From NCBI RefSeq assembly GCF_009914755.1, contig NC_060947.1: a stretch of DNA of 64,000 bases. One strand, 5' to 3'. Positions 13,121 to 27,249 of this stretch are shown one piece after another; position 1 is the first letter of the stretch; each line of letters begins with the position of its first letter. Both the position numbers and the translations under genes were made by a program. The notes under the pieces were generated by a model. It saw nothing but the letters and a program-made list of their open reading frames with translations, made no database searches and was not told the origin of the DNA. Source of the DNA: the human T2T-CHM13v2.0 reference genome, Homo sapiens.

Positions 13121-14319
13121 GTCCCCAGAGGTCAGACAGCTATGATATAAGAGGTTTTGAGCATTTGCATCACATACCACATTTTCTAGGCACTAAAGAG
13201 AAGGTAACAAGGCTTTAGCTTTTAGAGGCCTCCACATGATCAACACCTTCCCTCCTGAGCATGTCGGCCCCCTATGGCCATGCACTTGCCAGCAGCCTCT
13301 CTATGGCAACTTTTTGCCTTTTTATTAAAATTGCTCGGGCGTATGAGAGCCAGTTCTAGTCCCAATAGTATGCCCATCTCATCCAACCTCTTACTGCTTC
13401 GGAGGTTTGTTTTGACTCTTGTTTGGTTTTCCTAAGGAATCTGGTTGAAAGAGAGAAGAGAGAAAAATATTTTTCAAATCAAATTTCTGCCCCAGGTATT
13501 TGTAGAGCAAAGCCGCTGCTTCACCAGGCTAGAGTCCCTTCCCCAGGGCCCAGTAAGACTTTCATGGGCCATGAAGGCAAAACATATTAAATATGTTTTA
13601 ATATGAAAATATATTATGTAAAAACATAAAACATTAACATTTGCATTTTACAACTATATTGGTGCAAATACCAATATGATCTTCAATCCCCAATGTTCAT
13701 TTTCTTCTGATTATAACACAAATTAAAACATTTTGTGAGCCCCTAAAAAGGCCTTAGAGTGTGTGCCTGTTGGGTAACAATCTGGCCTTTCCCCACTCTC
13801 AGATCATGGAGGTTGGGACTGTTTTGTGTCTTATTCCTCTCTGCATTTCTCAGCCTCTCTCTTGAACTAAGAAGGGAGTTGATGAATCTTTGCAGAACTG
13901 GAACTTGTATTCCCCATTGCTTGACATCAAGCTGGAAGTGTAGTAAACATTCCCCACATTGTTGAATTGAATCACATTAGAAAGCAGGGTATTAGCGCAC
14001 AGCATTTTTAATTGCCAAGGAAAATTTTATTTTAACTTTGCATTAATATGTTCTAAGGAACCTTTATACTTGATGCAATCAGATTCCTGAGAGAAGCCAA
14101 TACTTTTCCTGTTTTTGTGTTTTATCCTCCATTCTTCATCGTATGCCCTTCAAGGAAATCTGAAAAGTTGGCTTTTTTGAATCATTAGTCACATTGATAT
14201 GTAGACTGCAATTTTGCTTTTCCTGCGGGATTGCTGACCTTGTAAAATGATGCTTATGTATGCGTCACTAATCTATGTGCTTAACTTTTAACATCTATGT
14301 AATGCTAAGAATATAGACA

Positions 14320-14500
14320 TCGCCTGGGGGCAGGTGGAGGTTGAGGAACCCTATAGAGAATGATCTGATATCATGTGTGATCAGATAGTGAGGGTGAGGG
14401 CTTCTTGCAAAAACTGGATTTTACAAAGAAGTGCACAGATAATCTTAGAACAAGATTCAGGAGACTGGGTTATATTTGGTCAAGGAAGGAATCTTTGTCA
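14320..14500 (-). mobile_element. MER31/MER67-like LTR 5' end
   Basis: Reverse complement begins TGACAAAGATTC..CTTGACCAAA; homologous to ~12950-13115. Confidence 0.55.
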
Positions 14501-15149
14501 AGGGATTTCTTAACCTTTGCTGTTTTCCAAGATCAAAGGGTTCGGGTGGAATGCGACAATGTCGGTGGTATTTCAACTTAGCAACCTCTTTTTTTGTTTT
14601 GTCATGGTTGCTGAGCTGAAAGGGAGAAAATATTCAAGGGATCCACCAAGAAAATGCTCACTTAGGCTGGAACAGCATATAATAAGAGATATGTTGTGGT
14701 TATAAGATCAACGATTGCCAAAAAGCTCACTTGAGGGTCTCTCAGGCTGACACCACTTGTCACTTAGCAGCATGATGCAACCTGGCTCTGCAGTTAGCAA
14801 ACCTGGGCTTTCCAAAAGCTAAAACCACCTCAGCACAGGTGCAGCTTTTATAGACCTTAAAATAAAGCTTACTCTTATAAGAATAGCTTAAACTATCTTT
14901 AGGAAAGAAATGCCTGGTCATTGACCCAGACTGAAGACAGGTATAAGAGAGGGGGGAAAATCCCTTAAACTCCCGTTCAGTCTCTTATCTGACCATCTCA
15001 TTCTCTATGGCCCATGTCACTGGCCTGTTCCTGCTGTAAGTTTCATAACACTGCTGCTAGCATAAACCGCTTGGGTATCAGATTGTGTCTGCATTTATCT
15101 TTGACACAAATCATACCGAAGGGGAGAAGTTGCCCCTTCTGAAGAATCC

Positions 15150-15452
15150 GGTTTACCAGGATCACCTGAAACTCCCAAAAGAATGCAGCAACTAGGCAAA
15201 GAGTGTCTCCGCCTCACATTATCTGCCCAAGCACAGTGCTGTTGGCCAAGCCTCCAGCAGCTGACGGGACCCAGCTGTAGTGAGGTTGCAGTGATTGAGT
15301 AGGATTGGCCTGCTTCAAAGCAGAGGTTTCTCATGGGAATATGCTTATTAAACTCCCACTGGTGCAGAAACCATGAACAGAGGATGAACAAGTGAAGTTG
15401 CAATCTCCTCCATCACAGCTCAGTTCCCCAACAACAGGATCACAAGCTGGAG
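15150..15452 (+). promoter_or_regulatory. STS: Proximal promoter and 5' UTR of STS exon 1 (the placental-type first exon); CpG-poor, no obvious TATA; exact TSS not determinable
   Basis: Directly upstream of the exon 1 ATG; resembles the recalled STS cDNA leader (gcctccagcagctgacggg...). Confidence 0.6.
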
Positions 15453-15463
15453 ATGCCTTTAAG
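15453..15463 (+). CDS. STS: STS coding exon 1 (ATG CCT TTA AG = M-P-L-R, split codon)
   Basis: gagATGCCTTTAAG|gtaagc: consensus donor at 15464; splices in frame to exon 2 giving the known STS N-terminus MPLRKMKIPF. Confidence 0.93.
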
Positions 15464-16250
15464 GTAAGCGTCTATTCCCCTGGCCAGGCTGGGAGTTTTT
15501 AACCCTGAAACATACTAGTTGGGATGTTCACAGCAGCTACCTGCTTGTGTTGCATATTCTCCCAACATGTGTTGTCTTGTTCTTGTTTCTTAAATCTGTT
15601 TTTGCTTGGTAATTTCCATTGATTATAATGATTTTCTGTGAGGCTTAGCGAGGGAACATTTTAGGAGAGGTTATAAATGCGGCTAATTAGTGACATGCAA
15701 ATCGCTTTTGTGGCTGTTTCAAAACATCTAAATGACCTATAATTAAATTTTGTTGCCAAATTATTTGTTAATTATCATCTTCCTATCAAGTTTATTGCAT
15801 CGGGAGATGTCATTCACTGTCTAAAAGGTGGAGTGAGGAAGAGCATCATGCATATGTGTTGCAGAGTGGGAAAGAATGCTTGTTTTGTTGGGTTTCTGTC
15901 TCCATTGGTGTGTTTTTATTTTTTGTTCCCACTTCTATGTATCTCAGATGACGAGTTTGTCTATGGGCTGTCGGAATCTTCTGGTTGAGAAAGATGGTGG
16001 GAGCCACTTTGTTTAAATTTCCTAATTTTCCATAAACGAATCCCTTCTGCAATATCCCCGACAGATGCGGCTTTTCACCCTCCACCCAATTCCCTCATGG
16101 GAGGAAGGGACTTTGAGAGGCTGATCATTTCGTGGTCTGGCAGCACTTGTAAGTCCCTGGTTCTGTTCTGGACACTGTCCCAGCTGTGGCTTCTGAGACA
16201 ATGGCTAAATCCTTTCTCTCTTTTACAGACCACCATTCGAGCACACTTAA

Positions 16251-16623
<373 letters not shown>

Positions 16624-17655
16624 ATCAGATGGTTTTTATACCCTTAAGCATCCTGATCACTCTCCCTTGATATGCCACTGAATCTCCATCCCTCTTAAAT
16701 CGCAGGGATCTGCACTGAAAAATATTCCGACTCTGGTCTGACTTCGTGTAAACAGCTGAGTGGAACTCATCTTCCTTGTCCCAAAAGCATCTTCTTCTTA
16801 ACGTACACCAAACTAGTATTAACTTCAGTCTTCTCAGTCATTCCCTTCCCCAACTGACAAAACTTGCTTTGTAGTTGTCTAAAGTCTTCTTCGTAGGAGC
16901 TGCAAGTAGGTCACGTCTGAATATTGGCATCTTTGTGTCATTGATTACGTTTCTTAAATAAGAAGATTATGTGTTTTCCCCATTGCATTTAATTTTGTGA
17001 CTTCCATCTTTTGTTCCACTTCTCAAGGTCTTTTCTGAATCTCTGTTCTCTTCTGACGCACATGCCATTCCCCATGTTGGATAAATATTCTGATAGTCGA
17101 TTCATACAAATCATTGATGTAAATTATGGAATAGTGCAGAGCTGTATAGCACAGGCTCAGTAACCTCTCTGGTTCGGTACAAAGCTTTAATCAGCACCCT
17201 TGTGGAGCGTTTGTTTAGCTAGTTACAACTTGTAGATGCTGTAACACATGATTTTCTAATTCTAAGCTAGATGGCTATTCATTCTATTGCTGATATTACT
17301 GGAAGGAGGAAGTCTGGTAGCATTACCTCAAAAGACAGGAGGCCAATGTCGTTCCCAGAGAGCTCAAGATGGCACCAAAAGTTCACGGTTTAGCTTCCTA
17401 AGTGCACAGGAACCATCTTTAGGAATATGAATTCAGGAATCTTATGTCAGACAAATTTTGCATTGACTAGTCTAACTAAAAGAAAGATAATTAATATCTT
17501 CTTTGTTTATTTAAAAATAACATGGTTGTTTATAAAGTGACATCAAACCATGTGCGCCTCTAGGCAGTAAATGTTTATCGGTGGACATTCACCTAATATA
17601 CACAGCATACTCTCTGGCTATATTGGGCATCTTTTGTTTGCATTTGCATAAGCAC

Positions 17656-18033
17656 TGTTATAGACTGCTTCTGACTCCCCAAAATTCATATGTTGAAACC
17701 CCAACCCCCAAAATGATGGTATTTGGCGGTGGGGCTTTTGGGAGGTGAAGAGGTTCTGAAGGTGGAAACTCATGAATGGGACTAGTTTCCCATAGTGATT
17801 ATAAAAGAGGCCCCAGAGAGTCCCCTTGCTTGTTCCACCATGTGAGGACACATCAGGAAGGCACCATCTATGAACCAGGAAGCAAGTCCTCACTAAATAC
17901 TGGATCTCTTGGTGCCTTGTTCTTGCACTTCCAAGAACAGATGTGTTGTTCCAGGACTGTGAGCAATATATTTCTGTTGTTTATAAGCCACTTCGTCTAT
18001 CGTACTTTGGCATAACAGCCAAACAGACCAATG
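17656..18033 (+). mobile_element. MaLR LTR (MLT1A/MST-like)
   Basis: ccccaaaattcatatgttgaaacc...ccatgtgaggacac...tttataagccac. Confidence 0.75.
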
Positions 18034-18519
18034 CAAGAACCATTTTAATAAACAAGGAATTGTCATTGGCTAATTAAGTAGAATTGTGTAATCATGTTGT
18101 TTGAATTTGGATCTTGTTGGTTTATTGTTGCCATAACTGTCTGTCTGCAAGTAACAATAAGCTTGAAGCCTAAGCAAACTTAACATATGAAAATCTGTGT
18201 CAAGGGCATCTCTGCTTTATAAAAGACAGTCTTCAATTAGGACCCCTCCCCAGTGGGATTGAGCACAAAAACAGCTATTTGTGAGAAAGGATGCCCTCAG
18301 CTGCAAAAAAAAAAAAAAAAAAAAAAAAAAGATGTTTTCAGTCTTTTTCAAAATTATGTTTAAAGACAACTATCATCATTAAGTTTTTTGCTCTATCTAG
18401 ACTTTGCAATGTTTTCCATCTCAGAACAGAAACTACTGCCCTAAATATTCAATTAATATTAAATGGCCCTATAGGAATTTATGTCTAAGAGATAGCATTC
18501 ATTATCTGTATTTTTTCCT

Positions 18520-19600
18520 ATTGCTTTTTAGGCATTTATTTATTTTTATATATTTAGGGGGTACAAGTATAATTTTGTTACAGGGATATATTGTGTAGCA
18601 GTAGTCTGGACTTTTAGTGTACCCATCATCCAAATAGTGAACTTTGTACCCATTAAGTAATTTTTCAACCCTCACTCCTATCTCACTGCCCACCTTTTAT
18701 ACTCTCCAATGTCTATTATTCCAATTAGTATATCCATGTCTATCCATTATTTAGCACCCACTTATAAGTGACAATATGCAGTATTTGACTTTCTGAGTTA
18801 TTTCAGTAATGATAATGACCTTTAGTTCCCTCCATTTTGTTGCAAAAGACATGAATTCATTCTTTTATATGACTGAGAAGTATTCCACGGAATATATATA
18901 TACCACTTTTTTTTATCCAATCCTCTGTTGATGGACACTTAGGTTGATTCCATATCTTTGGTATTGTGACTAGTGCTGAGATTAATGTACAAGTGCAGGT
19001 ATCTTTTTAATACAATGATGTCTTTCCCTTTGGGTTCATACCCGGTAGTGGGATTGCTGGATCAAATGGTAGTTCTATTTAATTCTTTGAGAAATCTCCA
19101 TACCGTTTTCCATAGAGGTTATATTAATTTACATTCCCACCAACAGTGTGTAAGTGTTCCATTTTCTCTGCATTCTTGACAACATCTGTTGTTTTTAGAC
19201 TTTTTAATATAGCCCTTCTGATGGTGGAAGATGGTACCTCATTGTGGTTTTGATTTGCATTTCTCCGATGATTAGTGGTCTTGCACATTTTTGTTTTCAT
19301 ATGTTTGTTGGGTGCTTATATGTCTTCTTTTGGAAAATGTCTGTTTGTGTCATTTGACTCCTTTTTAATGGGGTTATTTGTTTTTGTTTTTTTTTCTCAT
19401 TGAGTTGTTTGAGTTCCTTGTGGATTCTAGATATTAGCACTTTGTCAGATGCATAGTTTGCAATTTTTTTTCCATTCTGTAGGTTGTCTATTTACTCTGT
19501 TGATTGTTTCTTTTGCTGTGCAGAAGCTTTTTAGTTTAAGTCCTGTTTACCTAATTTTGTTTTTGTTGCATTTGCTTTTGAGGACTTGGTCATGAAGTAA
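18520..19600 (-). mobile_element. L1 (L1PB/L1MA-like) 3' fragment
   Basis: cccacttataagtg..., gtgggattgctggatcaaatggtagttc, tttgctgtgcagaagctttttagtttaa. Confidence 0.88.
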
Positions 19601-20167
19601 AGCCAAGAGTGAATTAGATATATTTTTTTAAGTTTATGGAAACCAGCAGAAGACATAGACTACATAGACATTCATTTTTTTTTCACTTTCCTCATCATGG
19701 AAATATTCTGAGACATGAAACATCACTGTGACCCAAGGAGAGGCATTGGCGAGAGTTAGTTGAAAGAGAAGGAGAAAGGAAAAGAGTGGAATATCATTCA
19801 CTAAACACCTCCCATCTGCCTTGGAAGTTGGGTGCACTTCATCTCTTTTAAAAATGGAGATAATGGGACATGGAAGCTTGGAGTGATAAAGCCAATATTT
19901 GAAAAGGGGACGAGTTGACTTTATGATCTGATCTTTTCACTTAAAGCTCTCAGTTCTTCAATGAGAAAAGTAGGTGTCCTGGACATTATTTTATACTAGC
20001 CAAGTTCTGACTTGAGCAGGAATTAAAATGTAATGGTTTCAAAGCACTGGATAATTCATCAACCAGTAGCACTAAGCACAGGGGTAGGGTTAGTCCCTCC
20101 TCATACCAATTTTATGGCTGTCATTAGAGTTAAGCATTTAACCTCCCTGGACTTCAGTCCCTTCACT

Positions 20168-20530
20168 TGTGCAATGGACTGACTGTTTATTTCCCCCCCA
20201 AATTCATATATTTTAATTCTAACCCCCAAGATGATGGTATTTGGATGAGGGGCCTTTGGAATGTGATTAATCATGAGGGGTTTGTCCTGAAAAATGGGAT
20301 TAGTACCCATATAAAAGAGACCCCAGAGAGCTCCCTCATTCCTTCCACCATATGAGAACATGGGGAGAAGGCACTGTCTATGAAACAGGAAGCAGGTCCT
20401 CACCAGCACAGAATCTGCAATACCTTAGTCTTGGACTTCCAGCCTGCAGAGCTGTGACAATAAATTTCTGTTGCTTATAAGCTACCCAATCTGTTGCATT
20501 CCACGATAGCAGCCCAAATAGACTAAGACA
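20168..20530 (+). mobile_element. MaLR LTR (MLT1A-like)
   Basis: ccccaaattcatat...aaagagaccccagagagctccc...taaatttctgttg...gactaagaca. Confidence 0.78.
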
Positions 20531-21039
20531 ATCTGTAAAATAAGGGTATTCACCACCCATGAGGTCTCATAGAACCTTCTGGGTCTAATCGTCTGTGGTT
20601 CTCAAAGCCTTCCCCATTTGAAGGTTGATGTTTCCTACTTGGTGGAACATTTCTCTTGCTTCCAACTTTATTTTGCTCTTTCTGGCTTCCTTGGCTGAAT
20701 TCTCTCTTCCCTGTAATTTTCTCTGCATGGCACTTGCAGTTTCACCAGTGGGCTATGGAAGATGTCTTTCAAAGCCTCTGGCTAAGGTGTAAGAACAGCT
20801 GGGGTCCTCATTGGGAAGCCGATTAAACTTTAAAACAGTAGGCTGAGGTCTAGAACTGTTCCAGGAGGTGAGATGACAGCAATTGTCCCTGTGTTCATAC
20901 CCTCTGGTTAATGTGACTCCCAGCTATGAATCAACCTTTATATAAATGCATTTTGGCTCACTGGACTGAATGTAGCTCGGATTCAATAATAGAAAATGTG
21001 TGGGAGGAGACAGTGAGAACCCCGAAGCCAGAATGGTCT

Positions 21040-21590
21040 GATGTTGTTTCTTGTGCTGGAGGTCCCCAGGTTCAGCGATTCACCAGAAGGACTAACAGGC
21101 TCAGTGCATAGTGGGGCTCATGGCTAAGATGTATTTCAGCAAAAAAATTCAGAACACATTGAACAAAGGGAAACGGCACATGGGGTAAAGGCTGGCAGAA
21201 TCCAGGCATAAGCTTCCAGGTATGTCTCTGAAAGGAGTCACACGGGACATACTTAACTCCTCCAGCAGTGAGCTGTCAACACATATGAAGTGTTGCCTAC
21301 AAGGGAAGCTGGTTAGAGACTCAGTGCCCAGGTTTTTTATTGGGAGCTGTTCATATAGGTGCCCTTTGCCTAGTACTACCAAAATTGCAGACTCCCAGAC
21401 AGAAAGCAGGTGTTCAGCATAAACTATGTTGTTTGTACAAGCATTTCAGGCAGAGTGAGCCATTCTTGTTAATTCTGGGAAGGGTGAGAACCCTCCCCAA
21501 ATCTAATTCCCAATTGCCAACCAAGAGCACATGTTACAAGCAGGCCTTTCTAAGGAGAGCAATCTCAGGTCCTCTATGTTAACTTCTTTC
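21040..21590. mobile_element. LTR remnant (MER21-like)
   Basis: ccccaggttcagcgattcac...gagactcagtgcccagg...aagcaggtgttcagcataaac. Confidence 0.6.
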
Positions 21591-21769
21591 TGCATATTTC
21601 TAAAGTGTTTTATATTTATTATCTTTTTAAGGAAACAAACTCTGTCACCATGAAGTCCTAGATGCATCCCGGAATGTAAAAGCTAGAGGAGAATGTTGGA
21701 TGTAGCCCATGACTTCATTTTATAGATAAGAAAGCCAATTCTCTTCTTTTTCTCTTTTCTTATTTTTAG

Positions 21770-24540
21770 TATATTTTTATGAGATATAATTTTCCTACAG
21801 TAAAATGCACAGATCTTCAATGTTCCGTTTAAGTTTTGATAATTTTATACAAACATATAATCACTGTCCCAAACAAAATATATAGAGCATGTCCATTATC
21901 ATCTCAGAACGTTCCTGTTGCCCCTCTCTAATCAATACCCCAGCCAGAGACAAACACTTTTCAGAGTTCTATCACCACAGACAATTTTTGCCTTTTCTTG
22001 GACTGCATATGAATGGATTCAAGCCATATAGATTATTTGGGGTCTCACCTCTTTCACTCAACATAATGTGTGTGAGATTCTTATGTGTTGTTGCATGTAT
22101 CAGTGGTTCATTTATTTTCATGGCTGAGTAGTCTTAGGTTAGATTGATGTTCCAGAGTTTGTTTATGCATTCTCCTGTTGATAGTTATTTGGATTGTCTC
22201 CAGTTTTTGGTTATTGTGACTAAGGCTTTGGGTGGATAGATAGTTTTATTTCTCTTGTTTAAACATCGAGTAGTGTAATTGCTTGACAGTAAGATACATG
22301 TATATTCAATTGTATAGGAAATGGCCAAACTTTTCTCTAAAACGTTTGCATGAGTTTACACTTCAACAAGTGATATATAAGAGTTCTAGGGGCCAGGAAC
22401 GGTGGCTCATGCCTGCAATCCCAGCACTTTGAGAGGCTGAGGTGGAAGGATTGCTTGAGCCCAGGAGTTTGAGACCAGCCTGGGCAACATGGTAAGACCT
22501 CATCTCTACAAAAATAAAAAAATTAGCCAGGGTGGTGGCTAATTTGCCTCTAGTCCTAACTACTTGGGAGGCTGAGGTTGGGAGGATTGCTTCAACCCAG
22601 GAGGTCAATGCTGCAGTGAGCTTTGTTCGTGCTACTGCACTCCAGCCTGGGTGACAGAGCATGACCCTGTCTCAAGAAAAAAACTTAGAGTTCCACTTGT
22701 TCTGCATCTTCACTAGCATTTGATATTTTCCGTTTTTCGTTGTTTTGTTTTGTTTTTATTTTAGCCACCGTAGGGGTTGTAAAATGCTATCTCATGGTGG
22801 TAATTTTCACTTCTCTGATTACTAATCAGGCTGAATACCTATTTATTTGCTTATTAGCCTTTTGTATATCTTCTTGTATAAAGTGCATATTCAATTGTTT
22901 TACCCATTTCATTGTTTCATTCCTTTTTTATTATTGATTTGTTCTTTACATATTCTGGATATAAATCCTTTAAAAAATAATTGTCTTACAAATAAGTTTC
23001 CCTGGTCTATGTTGCTTATCTATATTCCTTTTTCCTTAATTTTTAAAAAATTGAATGTTACTTTGAATTATTTTATCTCATGTATCCTCTCAATAGTCCC
23101 ACTCTCTTCACTTGATGATAAATTAGAAGCATCTAAAAAAACCAATCATTCCCCAAAAAGTAAATTAAAACCTTTCTATAGCCATTGTTCAGTTCTAGTT
23201 ACTCTATTAGCCTTGTTCAAATCGTTGTTTTTTTTTTTTTTTATAAAAGCAAGCTTTATTTTGCTATCTGATGAGACAATATGCTAGTTTGAGAGTTTGG
23301 AATAAAAAACATGGATATTTGTATTATTAAGGAAAGTTTCCAAGCACATAGTTATTAAGGAAAGCACATATTATTAGGCCAAGTTTCCAAGCAAAAGTCT
23401 TAGAATAGACATAAAGATGTGAAATAATGAACGGTGACCTTAGTATTTGCCATTGTCATTGTTCCATGCAATATGTTTAAAAAATGTTTTTATTTGATAG
23501 TGATAAGAATACTATCAGATCTAACCTCTTAAAATTTTAAGTGTGCAATACAGTATTGTCGACTGCTGATACAATGTTTGACTGCAGGTCTCTGGACTTA
23601 ATCCATCTTGCTTACCTAAAGTTTTATGCCTGCTGACTCATAAATCCCCATTTTCCCTTCCCCTATCCCCTGGAAACCACCACTTTACTTTTTGGTCGTA
23701 TGAATTTAGCTACTTTAGATACCTCCTGTAAGTGGAATCATACAGAATTTGTCTTTCTGTACCTGGCTTATTTCACTTAACATAAGGTTCTCAAGGTTCA
23801 TCCATGCTGTTGCATATTGTAGAATATCCTTCCTTTTAAGGCTGCATAGTATTCCATTGTATGTATAGACCATGTTTTTTTTTGTTTTTAATCCATTCAT
23901 TTGTTGATGGGCATTTAGGTTGCTTCCATATCTTGGCTATGGTGAATAGTACTGCAGTGAGCAGAGGAGTGCAGATATGTCTTTGAGATCCTGATTTCAA
24001 TGCTGTTGGGTATATTTCCAGGAGTGGGGTTGCTAGATCACAAGGTAGTTCCATTTTTTAATTTGTCAAGGAAATTCTGTACTGTTTTTCGTAGCAACAG
24101 CACCTTTTTGCATTTCCACCAGCCATGTGCAAAGAAATTCTCCACATCCCCACTAACACTTGTCTCTTGTTTTTTGTTTTTTTAAGAGCAGCTGTTCTGA
24201 CAGGTGTGGAGTGATCTCTCATTGTGTGTGGGTTTGAGTTGCATTTTCCTGATGATTGGTGATGTTGAGCATCTTTTCATGTGCTTCTTGGCATTTGTAT
24301 GTGTTCTTCGGAGAAATGTCTAGTGAAGTCCTTTGGCCATTTTTTAATTGGGTTATTTGTAGTTTTGTTATTGAGTTTGGGAGTTCATTATATATTTGGG
24401 ATATATGGTTATCAGTATATGGTTTGGAAATACTTTCTCCCCTTCCATAGGTTGCCTTTTCACTCCATTATTTCCTTTGCTGCACAGAAGCTTGTTAGTT
24501 TGACGTAGTCCCACTTGTCTGTTTTTGCTTCTATGGCCTG
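21770..24540 (-). mobile_element. Nested old L1M fragments with a + strand Alu at ~22391-22685
   Basis: L1 3' motifs (tgttgcatgtatcagt; WMNLENLMLSEISQ and IWKQPKCPS remnants); Alu dimer. Confidence 0.75.
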
Positions 24541-25624
24541 AAGCCTATTCACATTCTTAAAAGTATCTTTTGATGAATAGAAATAGTTGCTTCATTTTAC
24601 CTTTTACTCTTTACATTTTAATTTGGATAATTTTCTTGACCTGTCTTCAAGGTCTCTGATTCTTTTCTTTGCCCATGACATGAACTTCTTATTTCTGATG
24701 TTACATCTATTTTGTTTTATAGCTAGCATTTCTGTTTGTTTCTTCTTTTGTATTTTCATCTTGCCACTGAAATTCCCCATCTCTTAACACATGCTGTTTG
24801 CCTTTCCTGCTAGATTCTTTTATGGATTTCCTATGGATGTCTTAAAGGATATAGATGAAATATCTAACATTTGCATACCTCCTGCTATTTCACATGTCAT
24901 ACGTGCAAACATAAATATGCATGCATAATAGACATTGATTATAAAAAATAGTGGAGACCGAGTCAGTCATATTTTCGCCTAGAAAACATCACACGCTTCA
25001 TCTGTGTGGCCCCTTGGTAAGCTGCCATTTCAGTGTGGTTGTGATTTGTTTGGTTTTAATTAGGTTCCGCTCACCCCCTTGGCTTCAGATGCTTTGAGAG
25101 GGGATCCACACTTTCCCTTTAGCAGAGCTTAGGATCTGAGCATTGGTGAGACTCTTAAGTCATGCTCTGTTTGCAGCCTGACTGCTCACTTGTTGGGTTT
25201 TTGAAGGGTCCTCTTTGTTTTCTGTCTTGCCCTGGATTTGGTCATTCCAAATTCCCATCCTAGCTGGGGAACAGGGACAGGTGTGTGGCTGCCCATGGGG
25301 AAGATTCGGAGTGCCTTGGAGGGGTGCATCTGAGCTTCCCTGCACTGCCTCACTCTGAGTTTTTTTTGCACTGTGTGGTGTACGATTCCCCAGGGGGCTT
25401 CATGAAGACTGCAGGAGTGCATTGAAGGGTTGGCTGCAGGTGGGCTGTCTGGCTGGACCTCATCAGGATGCTGATCTGCCGTGCCAGCCTACCTACACCC
25501 AGTCGTTAAAAACTCCTTTCAGGGTCAGCTGGATTCTTCCTCTTCTCCCTACTCCTGCTACCAGGGGTGAAAGCAACTGAAGGTTTCTTCTTTGTAGGAA
25601 GGTTCATCACATCCTGGATTCTAG

Positions 25625-25978
<354 letters not shown>

Positions 25979-26019
25979 TGATGGATCTTAAAAAGCCATG
26001 ATTTTAATTGGAAGCCTCA

Positions 26020-27165
26020 TAAATCACTGTTGGGAATGTGAAGTGGTTCAACCACTCTAGAAAACATTCTGGTAGTTCCTTCATAATTTAAACCTAGAAT
26101 TTCCATATGACCCAGCCATTCCACTCCTAGGTATGTACCCAAAAGAATTGAAAATGGGTGTGAATGTTCATAGCGGCATTATTCATGATTTCCCTAAAGT
26201 GAAAGCAACCCAGACATGTGTCAGCTGAGGAATGGATAAATAAAATGTGGCACAGCCATGCAATGCAATATTATGTGGGCATTGTATTGGTCCACTCTCA
26301 CACTGCTATAAAGAAATACCTGAGACTGGATAATTTATAAAGGAAAGAGGTTTAATTGACTCACAGTTCCGCATGGCTGGGAAGGCCTCAGGAAACTTAC
26401 AATCATGGCAGAAGGGGAAGCAGGCACATCTTACATGGTGGCAGATGAGAGAAGAGCAAGTGAAGGAGGAAGAGCCCCTTACAAAACCATGAGATCTCAT
26501 GAGAGCTCACTATCACAAGAACAGCATGGGGGAAACTGCCCTTATGATCCAATCACCTCCCACCAAGTCTCTCCCTCAACACCTGGGGATTATAATTCAA
26601 GATGAGATATGGGTGGGGACACAAAGCCTAACCATATTAGGCATAAAAGGAACAAAGTACTTTTGGTAACACTGTAGTATGTTTATGCCGATATTATCAG
26701 GTGGGTGAGCCTAGAAAACATCATGCTAAGTGACAGAAGCCAGATACAAAAGGCCTGATTATTTTCCATATGACCCAGCCATTCCACTCTTAGGTATGTA
26801 CCCAAAAGAATTGAAAACAGGTGTGAATGCTCATAGTGGCATTATTCATGATTTTCCTAAAGTGAAAGCAACCCAGACATGGTGCATGATTCCATTCATA
26901 TGAAATGTCCAGAATAGGCAGATCCGTAGAGAGAAAGCTAATTAGTGGTTCTCAGGAGCTGGGAGAGAGGAATGAGGAGTGACCACTGACAGGCACAGGG
27001 ATCTCCGTTTAGGGGTGATGAAAATGTTCTGGAATGAGATACACCTGACAGTTGTACAACATTGTTGTACAATTAAATTGATGTACTAAATGCCACTGAG
27101 TTGTACACTTAAAGTGCTTTAAACGGTGAAGTTGATATTACGTGGTTTTATAATAATTTAAAAAG
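26020..27165 (+). mobile_element. L1MB-like 3' fragment interrupted by a - strand THE1/MST LTR (~26283-26638) and by a 119-bp duplicated segment
   Basis: catatgacccagccattccactcctagg; gaaatgtccagaataggca; LTR motif tgctataaagaaatacctgagactgg. Confidence 0.8.
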
Positions 27166-27249
27166 AAACTATGAGTTCAAGGCTTCATGGCTTCTTTACC
27201 TTGTCAATGTGTGTTCACTGGTCCCTTTGGCTTTCCACGTCTTAATTAG

